Origin: a virus
Lineage: Duplodnaviria > Caudoviricetes
Reading direction: 5' to 3' (one strand)
Virus record (IMG/VR): IMGVR_UViG_3300017766_001320
Span: 1 to 35,555 of that record
Length of the DNA stretch: 35,555 nt
Shown: one piece after another, positions 15,487-22,807 of the stretch
How positions within the stretch are numbered: position 1 is the stretch's first letter
Layout: each line of letters opens with the position of its first letter
The notes under the pieces: model-generated
Seen by the model: the letters and a program-made list of their open reading frames with translations, nothing else
What the model was told of the DNA's origin: nothing
Database searches by the model: none
Position numbers and translations under genes: made by a program

Positions 15487-15843
15487 ATGGCAAAGTACTG
15501 GGGTTATCATTTAATGTTGGATTGCTCTCATTGCAATGAGTATGCAATTCGTGATTATGACACGGTGTATAATTTTACCAAAGAGTTGGTAGAAAAGATT
15601 AAGATGGTAGCATATGGTGAACCTCAGATTGTTCATTTTGGTAAAGATGACAAGGCTGGTTTTACTTTGGTGCAACTGATTGAGACTTCGAACATTTGCG
15701 CCCATTTCGTAAATGCTGAGAATGTAATCTATCTTGATGTATTTTCTTGCAAAGAGTTTGATCATAATGCTGTTATTGAGACTGTCAAGAAGTATTTCGA
15801 TGCAATTCATGTAAGAATAAATTACATTACGAGACAGGTATGA
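15487..15843 (+). CDS. speD: S-adenosylmethionine decarboxylase proenzyme-like
   Basis: GYHLMLD, LIETSNICAH, YLDVFSCK. Confidence 0.85.
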   Translation: MAKYWGYHLMLDCSHCNEYAIRDYDTVYNFTKELVEKIKMVAYGEPQIVHFGKDDKAGFTLVQLIETSNICAHFVNAENVIYLDVFSCKEFDHNAVIETVKKYFDAIHVRINYITRQV

Positions 15844-16037
15844 AGACCGAGAAAGTCTCTCTTAGAGAGATTATGGAAGATGATAACTCACCTTACATGA
15901 AAAACCTTGTAGATAAATTTATGAAACAGTATGGTGATGAACTTGGAAAGATTATCGCAGATAGTAACAAAAGAGTGGATAGCAGAATGGGGCGCGACAG
16001 CAATCTTAATCGTAGGCGTAGCACTCGTTGCGTTTAA
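15840..16037 (+). CDS. hypothetical protein (3' half overlaps next gene)
   Basis: ATGA coupling to speD. Confidence 0.45.
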   Translation: MKTEKVSLREIMEDDNSPYMKNLVDKFMKQYGDELGKIIADSNKRVDSRMGRDSNLNRRRSTRCV

Positions 16038-16188
16038 TATCTATCCACTTGGCATCTGGTTTTCTCTAGCAGGTAATCTTGGATGGCTAATTGTTGGGTG
16101 GATGTGGCGTAAGTGGTCGCTCTTGACAATTCAGATAATTGTTGCTACAATATATATCGTAGGATTGATCAATTATTATGGAAACTGA
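15937..16188 (+). CDS. small 3-TM membrane protein (PnuC-like pattern)
   Basis: Three hydrophobic segments, Trp-rich, NIYPLG motif. Confidence 0.7.
   Translation: MNLERLSQIVTKEWIAEWGATAILIVGVALVAFNIYPLGIWFSLAGNLGWLIVGWMWRKWSLLTIQIIVATIYIVGLINYYGN
16123..16151 (+). promoter_or_regulatory. sigma70 promoter embedded in CDS
   Basis: TTGACA-N17-TACAAT with TG extension. Confidence 0.6.
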
Positions 16189-16345
16189 AATGACTGCAAG
16201 CAACGAAGATTATGCAAAGTTACATGCTGACTATGTGTGGTGCAAGGATATACTTGAACGCATTGCAGAAATTCTAAAGAACGAATCTTTAGAACCTGAT
16301 GATATTGAAGCAATCAAGTGGCTTGTCGAGCAGGGTTTAAAGTAA
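16178..16345 (+). CDS. 55-aa hypothetical protein
   Basis: METEMTASNEDYAKLH...; fills gap before tRNA-Ala. Confidence 0.6.
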   Translation: METEMTASNEDYAKLHADYVWCKDILERIAEILKNESLEPDDIEAIKWLVEQGLK

Positions 16346-16352
16346 TAGTTTC

Positions 16353-16425
16353 GGGGGATGCTCAGGGCAAGCACGAATCCTTTGCAAGGAATCTGAGATC
16401 GGTTCGAGTCCGATATCCTCCACCA
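16353..16425 (+). tRNA. tRNA-Ala(UGC)
   Basis: TCC-TTTGCAA-GGA; G3.U70 pair; ACCA. Confidence 0.88.
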
Positions 16426-16428
16426 AGT

Positions 16429-16527
16429 TTCGGAATCTAAGCGGTGTAAATAGGGAACCCGCTGAATGTTGAACTGCTGGTAAAACCGATAAAATCACCT
16501 ATGATGTGCAGGACGCAAGATTCCGAA
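16429..16527 (+). ncRNA. candidate structured ncRNA
   Basis: 10-bp closing stem TTCGGAATCT/AGATTCCGAA; inner AGCGG/CCGCT; possible ATAGG/CCTAT pseudoknot. Confidence 0.55.
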
Positions 16528-16588
16528 TCCTATAAGGGTGGCTACTTAATAAGCTCGCGTGGGTCCACGGTTAGCCCACAACAGTTTC

Positions 16589-16664
16589 GCCTCGTGCGCC
16601 AGATGGGACGGCTGCGCGTTTACACCGCGCCATTGACGGAGTTCGATTCTCTGACGAGGCACCA
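16589..16664 (+). tRNA. tRNA-Val(UAC)
   Basis: GCGCG-TTTACAC-CGCGC; ACCA. Confidence 0.88.
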
Positions 16665-16669
16665 TTATT

Positions 16670-16700
16670 GCTCTAGTAGCCCAATTGGTAGAGGTGCTTG
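16670..16700 (+). pseudogene. 5' half of a tRNA-Leu-like gene
   Basis: GCTCTAG-TAGCCCAATTGGTAGAGGTG, then abrupt change to AT-rich HNH remnant. Confidence 0.7.
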
Positions 16701-16733
16701 AAATTATAAATATGTTTATCTCCACTGATAAAC

Positions 16734-16872
16734 ATGCCTAATCCAAAAGATCAAGTTAGAAGTTGATCATATAGATGGAAACAAGATCAACAATGTCAGA
16801 ACAAATCTTAGAGGTTTGTGTCCTAATTGTCATTCATTCACAGATACGTGGAGAAAGAAAAAGCGCGGGTAG
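16734..16872 (+). pseudogene. HNH endonuclease remnant
   Basis: LEVDHIDGNKINNVRTNLRGLCPNCH out of frame with ATG 16734; TATAAATA at 16705-16712. Confidence 0.85.
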
Positions 16873-16939
16873 CCCAATGGCAGGAGGCAACAGTCTTAGA
16901 AACTGTACAGTGTGAGTTCGAGTCTCACCTCGCGCACCA
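16863..16939 (+). tRNA. tRNA-Leu(UAG), short variable loop
   Basis: ACAGT-CTTAGAA-ACTGT; ACCA. Confidence 0.92.
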
Positions 16940-16963
16940 TTTTATGTATTATAAGGATACAAT

Positions 16964-17143
16964 ATGTCTGAATGTATCATAGAAGTTGAGAAAATTTTTC
17001 AATCACCTACTACACCAGTTCATGAAGTGGTGTATCTAGTTAGAATTACTTTACCCGAACAGTCCGTAGAATTTCAAAAAGAATTACTAGAATTCTTAGA
17101 GAAGAAATCTAATATCCAATTTAAACAAACAATGCCTATGTAG
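16964..17143 (+). CDS. 59-aa hypothetical protein
   Basis: AAGGA SD; stop codon falls inside next tRNA. Confidence 0.6.
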   Translation: MSECIIEVEKIFQSPTTPVHEVVYLVRITLPEQSVEFQKELLEFLEKKSNIQFKQTMPM

Positions 17144-17210
17144 TCCAACTGGTAGAGGCGTCGGCTTCAAACTCCGAATGTTGGGGGTTCGAGTCCCTCC
17201 ATAGGCACCA
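17134..17210 (+). tRNA. tRNA-Leu(CAA), short variable loop
   Basis: TCGGC-TTCAAAC-TCCGA; GCCTATG/CATAGGC-ACCA. Confidence 0.88.
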
Positions 17211-17231
17211 TCTTAATGAAAGAAAGTAATC

Positions 17232-17360
17232 ATGAATAAGTACACTGAATCTAAAATCTTCAAGAGGGCTAAGAGTGCGTTTGATATTGCTGCCACAATA
17301 TCTATCATCTTTTGGATTCCTATCATAGCCATCATTTTTAGCGCACTGTTTATCTGGTAG
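17232..17360 (+). CDS. 42-aa single-TM protein
   Basis: MNKYTESKIFKRAK followed by hydrophobic C terminus. Confidence 0.6.
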   Translation: MNKYTESKIFKRAKSAFDIAATISIIFWIPIIAIIFSALFIW

Positions 17361-17366
17361 TTATTT

Positions 17367-17441
17367 CCTAACTTGGTGTTAATGGTAGCACGCTGTGTTG
17401 TGGCCACGGAAGCCTAGGATCGTAACCTAGAGTTAGGACCA
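17367..17441 (+). tRNA. tRNA-His(GUG), no G-1, A73
   Basis: CTGTG-TTGTGGC-CACGG; CCTAACT/AGTTAGG-ACCA. Confidence 0.9.
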
Positions 17442-17465
17442 TTAGTTGCATTGTTGTCGTTTTAG

Positions 17466-17483
17466 TATAAATAAGTATAAATA
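17466..17483 (+). promoter_or_regulatory. tandem T4 late promoters
   Basis: TATAAATA twice. Confidence 0.75.
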
Positions 17484-17503
17484 TCATCTGAAAGGTGACA
17501 TTT

Positions 17504-18055
17504 ATGCTAAGATTCAAACAATTTCTAGAAGAAAAAGTTCTCTCAATAGGTTTAAATCCTAAACATGAAAAATTTCGTGAAAAGTATCGTGCAGATATGC
17601 ATGATGTTATTCGCAAATCATATTCTAATGTTGAGGGAGGATATGCCGGATTAAGTCACGGCAGCAAGGAAGAAAGTGATGCAATTCATAATGATATTAG
17701 CAATTCAGCGATCAAAGCAATTAGACGAGATGGACGTATCACTGCTGTAAATCTGTACAAAAAATCTCATGGTCGTAAATCAATTGCTATGGGACATGAC
17801 GGAACAGATCAGGGAAAGAAAGATGTACGCCAGATTATGTCAGATGATAAAAAGAAAGAGCGTTCCTGGGGCGAAGTATCTGGAGCAGTGGAACACATCA
17901 GACGTAAAATGGGTTATCCTGTTATTCCTTCCAGTAGAGCAAAAGAACTGACTGGAAAATCAGATGTGAGGGAAATTGATCCAGAAAAATATGAGCGTCA
18001 GATTGGAAAAGAAAAACACGTAAAGACTCTCATGGGATACCCAAAAAAAGATTGA
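17504..18055 (+). CDS. basic late protein, probably capsid-targeted
   Basis: MLRFKQFLEE N terminus resembles the T4 internal-protein capsid targeting sequence; late promoter upstream. Confidence 0.75.
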   Translation: MLRFKQFLEEKVLSIGLNPKHEKFREKYRADMHDVIRKSYSNVEGGYAGLSHGSKEESDAIHNDISNSAIKAIRRDGRITAVNLYKKSHGRKSIAMGHDGTDQGKKDVRQIMSDDKKKERSWGEVSGAVEHIRRKMGYPVIPSSRAKELTGKSDVREIDPEKYERQIGKEKHVKTLMGYPKKD

Positions 18056-18080
18056 CTTTCTAAATAAAATGATCTATAAT
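18052..18080 (+). promoter_or_regulatory. sigma70 promoter
   Basis: TTGACT-N17-TATAAT. Confidence 0.7.
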
Positions 18081-18102
18081 ACATGTAAGATAGTGAGAGG
18101 CG

Positions 18103-18624
18103 ATGAAAAAGGTAATCATATATTGTCATGGATATAATTCCTCGGCCCAGAGCGACAAGGTAAAGCGTCTGACTGCGGCTGGTGAAGTGTTTGCTTGGGA
18201 TATCAATATTGATCCTGAAGTATCCTTGAATGATCTTGAACAAAAGATAGATGATCTTCTCATTTCCAAAATGAATGAAGATTTTATGTTGGTATTTGTT
18301 GGCACATCTCTTGGCGCTTGGTATGCTTCAAAGTTGGCTGATATTTATGCAGCATATGCCGTTCTAATCAATCCTGCAATAAACCCAAAAACAAGTTTGG
18401 CTAAGTATGGAATTGAAGAAAGTGTTTTGAATAACTACCTAAATCCAATTTTCTTTTGCACTGATGATAAGGTTTTCATCGGCACAGAAGATGAGGTTAT
18501 AGACTTTAGTAATGTAAATTTTGGACCCGCAAATGTTGAATATGTGAAAGCAAAGCATCGCTTCAATGGACCAGAATTCGAAATGGTAGTTGAGTATATA
18601 AAAAACTTGAGAGAAGTAAAATGA
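18103..18624 (+). CDS. YqiA/YcfP-type alpha/beta hydrolase
   Basis: HGYNSS, GTSLG, LINPA, DEVID, HRF. Confidence 0.9.
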   Translation: MKKVIIYCHGYNSSAQSDKVKRLTAAGEVFAWDINIDPEVSLNDLEQKIDDLLISKMNEDFMLVFVGTSLGAWYASKLADIYAAYAVLINPAINPKTSLAKYGIEESVLNNYLNPIFFCTDDKVFIGTEDEVIDFSNVNFGPANVEYVKAKHRFNGPEFEMVVEYIKNLREVK

Positions 18625-19100
18625 GAAAGAAGCTTGATCTAGACGAAGTTAGACAGTTCATCATGAACAGTTCCGATACAACATCAATTTATATTGGTGC
18701 AGACTCAGAACGTTATCGTGGTAAAGATGATGCATGGTATGCAGACTATACTGTGGCTATTGTCGTTCACATGGATAGTTCACGTGGCTGCAAGATTTTC
18801 GGCCAGGTAGACACTGAACGAGATTTTGATAATCGTCATGATCGTCCTGCAATGCGTCTGATGAATGAAGTCTATCGTGCATCGCAGATGTATCTTGATC
18901 TAGCGGAAGCAATTGGTGATCGTCACGTTGAGGTGCACTTGGACATTAACCCAGACTTAATGCATGGTTCTTCTTGCGTTGTGCAGCAGGCTATTGGTTA
19001 TGTTCGTGGTGTATGTAATGTGATACCAATGGTAAAGCCAAATGCATTCGCAGCATCTTATGCGGCAGACAGACTCAAGGAAGTTCTGGACGCAGCATGA
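18621..19100 (+). CDS. RNase H-like YkuK-family protein
   Basis: YIGADS, RLMNEV, VHLDIN, KPNAFAASYAAD. Confidence 0.88.
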   Translation: MRKKLDLDEVRQFIMNSSDTTSIYIGADSERYRGKDDAWYADYTVAIVVHMDSSRGCKIFGQVDTERDFDNRHDRPAMRLMNEVYRASQMYLDLAEAIGDRHVEVHLDINPDLMHGSSCVVQQAIGYVRGVCNVIPMVKPNAFAASYAADRLKEVLDAA

Positions 19101-19195
19101 AAAATAAACAGTATAATGACGAGATAGAAATAATAGTAGGAATAGGCATCTTCGCTATACTTCTATCCGTCATTAGCATTATGTTCTCAAGATAA
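19097..19195 (+). CDS. 32-aa single-TM protein
   Basis: ATGA coupling; hydrophobic core. Confidence 0.5.
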   Translation: MKNKQYNDEIEIIVGIGIFAILLSVISIMFSR

Positions 19196-19202
19196 TAACA
19201 AT

Positions 19203-19290
19203 GGAGCGTGGGCAGGCTGGTAATGCAGCGGTTTGCTAAACCGTACAACCCCTAAAGGTTGAATAGGTTCGATTCCTATACGCTCCGCCA
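19203..19290 (+). tRNA. tRNA-Ser(GCU)
   Basis: GCGGT-TTGCTAA-ACCGT; long variable arm; GCCA. Confidence 0.94.
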
Positions 19291-19348
19291 AAAAATAACA
19301 CTTGACATCCTCAAAAGAAATAACTGTAATATATACAACTGAGAAATT
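19290..19348 (+). repeat. 59-bp promoter-containing direct repeat, copy 1
   Basis: 57/59 identical to 20566-20624; TTGACA-N17-TGTAAT. Confidence 0.92.
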
Positions 19349-19377
19349 GAAACGAACACAAGCCCGGAGATTATATT

Positions 19378-20130
19378 ATGGCTAAGATGCATGAACTTCT
19401 CGCAGTTGAATCGGCGGTAACTGCAAACTTCCAGCGCGATCTAGAAGAGACACTAAAGGTACTAGCACGACCAGATCATTTCCAGAAGCAGGTAGCACAA
19501 AAGACTTTCTTCGCTGAAGAAGACCAGAGGCTCAACGTTTCTGAAACAAAGGACATTACCACTACAGTTGGTGAGCGTCTAAATTGGTTTTCTGGTGCAG
19601 CAGAAAAGTATCTAGATGTTATTATTCAGAAGGACAAGACAAACCAGAAGGCTGTCGCCGACATTGCTCTTGACGATGGTACTGTAGTTGCTGCGGATGT
19701 ACCAGCAACCACACTTCTGGCACTTGAAACAAAGTTGCAAGACTTGCGGAAGGTTTTCATTGCTGTTCCTACTCTACCTTCGGGTATTATGTGGGAATGG
19801 GATGCTGCTGAGAACCTTTGGAAGACAAAGGAACCTGTTGTTACTTTCCAGACTAAGAAGACTGCTAAGGCGGTTGTTCTTTATGAAGCGACCAAGGAGC
19901 ATCCTGCTCAGGTTAAGGAAGTCTTTGAAGACGTTCCTGTTGCAAAGATTACCAAAGATACCTATAACGGTATGGTAACTTCTGCACAGAAGGCAGAGGT
20001 TCTAGGTCGTCTAGATTCTCTCTTGAAGGCTGTTAAGCAGGCACGTCAACGCGCCAACAACGTTGATGCAGACAAGACTAAGATTGGTCCTGCTATTACT
20101 AAGTTTCTTCTTGGTGATATCAAGAAGTAA
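19378..20130 (+). CDS. conserved helical protein of unknown function (recalled as DUF7873-like, unverified)
   Basis: 250 aa; MAKMHELLAVE, VPATTLLALE, ATKEHPAQV, AVKQARQRAN; GGAG SD. Confidence 0.85.
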   Translation: MAKMHELLAVESAVTANFQRDLEETLKVLARPDHFQKQVAQKTFFAEEDQRLNVSETKDITTTVGERLNWFSGAAEKYLDVIIQKDKTNQKAVADIALDDGTVVAADVPATTLLALETKLQDLRKVFIAVPTLPSGIMWEWDAAENLWKTKEPVVTFQTKKTAKAVVLYEATKEHPAQVKEVFEDVPVAKITKDTYNGMVTSAQKAEVLGRLDSLLKAVKQARQRANNVDADKTKIGPAITKFLLGDIKK

Positions 20131-20134
20131 GAGT

Positions 20135-20561
20135 TTGGGTGGGAAATTTCCCACCCAATATTGGGCGTACCTGAGGGGGTACATAGTTCGTCGTTAAACT
20201 CTTAATCAAACTAAAATGCGGAACTACTCCATCTGCAATTGCAGATGTCCGTTTATCGTTTAGCCCAGAAGTTTAACAAACACTATAGGGTTCTTGAGCA
20301 TATAGACAATTATCTAACAGACGATGGGGGTTCGATTCCCTCATCCCTCTCCACAGATGTATCGCGGTATATCTTTGATGAGGGATTAGGTTAATGGTAA
20401 ACCGTCTGATTGAAACTTATGTTTATATGTCTAAAAACAAGTGACTAGAGTTCCCATGCTCGTCATGTTGGAACTACCCGAAAGTGATGTCATCTGACAG
20501 AGACTGTGAATCTCTAAACCAGACCACGGGGTGTGCAGTCGGATATGCTGCACACCTTTTT
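20135..20561 (+). ncRNA. large structured RNA containing a circularly permuted tRNA module (20318-20408)
   Basis: Order is T arm, acceptor 3' strand + TCCA, linker hairpin, acceptor 5' strand, D arm; multiple outer stems; no ORF. Confidence 0.75.
20530..20561 (+). terminator. intrinsic terminator
   Basis: GGTGTGCAG/CTGCACACC followed by TTTTT. Confidence 0.88.
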
Positions 20562-20565
20562 CTTT

Positions 20566-20624
20566 AAAAAATAATACTTGACATCCTCAAAAGAAATAAC
20601 TATAATATATACAACTGAGAAATT
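20566..20624 (+). repeat. 59-bp promoter-containing direct repeat, copy 2
   Basis: TTGACA-N17-TATAAT consensus. Confidence 0.92.
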
Positions 20625-20652
20625 CAGTTAGCAACCCACTAGAGAAAAAAAC

Positions 20653-20739
20653 ATGAAGACTAGTACAATCGTTGGTATTGCTGTTGCGGGATTTGTTGTT
20701 CTATCAGCAGTTGGTGGTGGATCATCAGGAGATTACTAA
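20653..20739 (+). CDS. 28-aa hydrophobic ORF, possibly truncated
   Basis: MKTSTIVGIAVAGFVVLSAVGGGSSGDY after promoter. Confidence 0.45.
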   Translation: MKTSTIVGIAVAGFVVLSAVGGGSSGDY

Positions 20740-20749
20740 ATATGACAAT

Positions 20750-20825
20750 GCATCGTAAGCATTTAGGGGCGATGCTTCGGTCTCCAAAACCGAGGAGTGG
20801 GGTTCGAGTCCTCAACGATGTGCCA
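20750..20825 (+). tRNA. tRNA-Trp(CCA)
   Basis: TCGGT-CTCCAAA-ACCGA; GCCA. Confidence 0.9.
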
Positions 20826-20827
20826 TC

Positions 20828-21043
20828 ATGATTCCAATTCTTGATACAATATGGACAAGACGAAAGAAAATAGCCGATGAAAGGCTAAAAGTATGTAAGT
20901 CTTGCCCAGAATTTAATGTTGAAACAACCAAGTGTTATAAGTGTGGTTGTTTCATGTCTTACAAAGCATTTCTTCCATACGTTTCATGTCCTTTACAAAA
21001 ATGGGATGCTATAAATATAGAAGAAGATAAGGAGTCACAATAA
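20828..21043 (+). CDS. small Cys-rich protein
   Basis: RLKVCKSC, CYKCGCFM, CPLQKW. Confidence 0.8.
   Translation: MIPILDTIWTRRKKIADERLKVCKSCPEFNVETTKCYKCGCFMSYKAFLPYVSCPLQKWDAINIEEDKESQ
21010..21017 (+). promoter_or_regulatory. T4 late promoter upstream of dps
   Basis: TATAAATA. Confidence 0.65.
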
Positions 21044-21492
21044 TGGCGTCAGATGAATTGATTAATAAGACAAAAAAATGTCTAGCAAATACTTTTGTTA
21101 TGTATATGAAAACACATGGATATCATTGGAACGTTATTGGATCTGATTTTCCTCAGTTACACGGTTTCTTTGGCAGTCTATATGAAGAACTTCATGGTGC
21201 GGTTGATGATATTGCAGAACAAATTCGTTCTATAAATTCTTTTCCTCAAGGCACTCTAGCGCGTATGATCCAGCTTGCAGATATTAAGGAAGACGAAAAG
21301 ATTCCTCCTGCTGCTAAGATGGTAACCAATCTCATTGATGCAAATGATTCTGTTATGAAATGTGTAACAGAAGCATATACTATGGCGGAAAACGAAAACG
21401 AATTTGCACTTTCTAACTTCCTTCAAGATCGTCTCACAGCCCACTCCAAGCACCGCTGGATGCTCAAGGCCACGGCGGGACAGAAAGTCTAA
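21043..21492 (+). CDS. dps: Dps ferritin-like DNA protection protein
   Basis: HWNVIG.DFPQLH, DDIAEQIR, KHRWML. Confidence 0.95.
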   Translation: MASDELINKTKKCLANTFVMYMKTHGYHWNVIGSDFPQLHGFFGSLYEELHGAVDDIAEQIRSINSFPQGTLARMIQLADIKEDEKIPPAAKMVTNLIDANDSVMKCVTEAYTMAENENEFALSNFLQDRLTAHSKHRWMLKATAGQKV

Positions 21493-21512
21493 AGTTTCAT
21501 ATGATCTATATC

Positions 21513-21538
21513 AAAGCCGCCTTCGGGCGGCTTTTTTT
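21513..21538 (+). terminator. intrinsic terminator with cUUCGg loop
   Basis: AAAGCCGCC-TTCG-GGCGGCTTT followed by T run. Confidence 0.95.
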
Positions 21539-21577
21539 ATGTTTGATAAATATAAGAAAAATAGGACACTATCGTAA

Positions 21578-22807
21578 ATGGCATCAACAGGTCAAGCCGC
21601 TTGGACTAAGTACTATCAAGGTAAGGGTGATATACAAACTGTCATGAAGAAAGACAGTGCTATGTATGATGCCGAAAATGGAACTAAAAAGATAGCAAAT
21701 GTTCCTGCTGGTACTCCTGTCACATATTTTGCCACTAAAAAGTATGAATCTAAAGCTCTTATAGAATGTACGATCAACAGAAAGAAGTTGAGCGGACGAG
21801 TAATCTTTGACAACATAGTCAAACCAAATGTCAAGTCATCTGGTGCCGCCTCATTGAAACCTCAAGCATTCAATGTTGGTGAAACCAAATACTCTTTCTC
21901 AACATATAAGACCACAGTTTTAACATCTATAAGCGAAAGAAAAGACTTATCTGGACCTGTCAGATCGTATCTGGAGGCTTTGTTCAAACACTATTCTGGA
22001 ACAAACTCATCTACACAAGCTGTGACAAAGATATACAAAGGTGCGAGCGATAGCCTACCACTAAACGACATCAACAAAGATTTTGGTGAAGTTCTAGGAC
22101 CCGTAGCTATACTACAACTAGGACTTTTAAGAAGTAAGAACATATTATTGTCTAGAAACTCAGCCAAGATTTATGTGCCTTCTAGACCAAACGAACCTTT
22201 GATGGACTATGCTCTCATCGACGGAGAAACACAGTACACCATATCTGCTAAGAGCGGTTCAATCACAAACACAAACGTTGTCAAGCCTGCTGACGTCATA
22301 TCTCTGTTATCTAAAAATCCTAAGAAGCTGAGAAAGTGGTCTACAACAAACGAGTTTCAGCTATTGCAAATATTGGCCAATAACAATGCATTGACTGGTC
22401 CAATCAAAGCTGTCGCCAAGTTTAATCCAAAAATGTTGAGTGAGAACGCAGCCAACAGTGTCACCAGAGATTCTTATGATGAGAAGGCTTTCGCCGCAAT
22501 CTTCTCAAACAATGCATACCTAAAGTTGAAAAAGAAACCAACCGTCAATGAGATCATGTATGAGTGTGAGAAGATTATACAATCACAAACGAAAGACGGC
22601 ACATTCAACATGACAGATATATTCTCAGATGCTATTGAGAATCAGGTGATCTACGTAAAGTTTTCTATAGATGCTAGAACTGGTCTAGCAGACTGGGATG
22701 TAATATCATCCGAAGATATCAGAAAAGTTAAATCTGGTGCACCAGTCTATCTGCGTTCAAAGAATGGTTATACAAGAGCTACAGACAAAATGGGCATACA
22801 AGTATGA
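21578..22807 (+). CDS. basic protein with possible PD-(D/E)XK nuclease-like core
   Basis: DFGEVLGP...EPLMDYAL...TISAKSG; GATAAATA upstream. Confidence 0.7.
   Translation: MASTGQAAWTKYYQGKGDIQTVMKKDSAMYDAENGTKKIANVPAGTPVTYFATKKYESKALIECTINRKKLSGRVIFDNIVKPNVKSSGAASLKPQAFNVGETKYSFSTYKTTVLTSISERKDLSGPVRSYLEALFKHYSGTNSSTQAVTKIYKGASDSLPLNDINKDFGEVLGPVAILQLGLLRSKNILLSRNSAKIYVPSRPNEPLMDYALIDGETQYTISAKSGSITNTNVVKPADVISLLSKNPKKLRKWSTTNEFQLLQILANNNALTGPIKAVAKFNPKMLSENAANSVTRDSYDEKAFAAIFSNNAYLKLKKKPTVNEIMYECEKIIQSQTKDGTFNMTDIFSDAIENQVIYVKFSIDARTGLADWDVISSEDIRKVKSGAPVYLRSKNGYTRATDKMGIQV

Noticed and set aside
17134-17210. tRNA-Sec or opal suppressor (UCA)
   Set aside because: Stem register places CAA in the anticodon; no Sec-type long arms.
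20318-20408. Two-piece (permuted) tmRNA
   Set aside because: It has a true D stem, no G3.U70 pair, U73 rather than A73, and no recognisable tag ORF.
19290-20624. IS/transposon or prophage att sites
   Set aside because: No transposase or integrase motif; the repeats are whole promoters, more consistent with recombination between promoter copies.
9923-20825. CRISPR array
   Set aside because: Recurring GGTTCGA words are tRNA T arms; there is no constant repeat with regular spacers.
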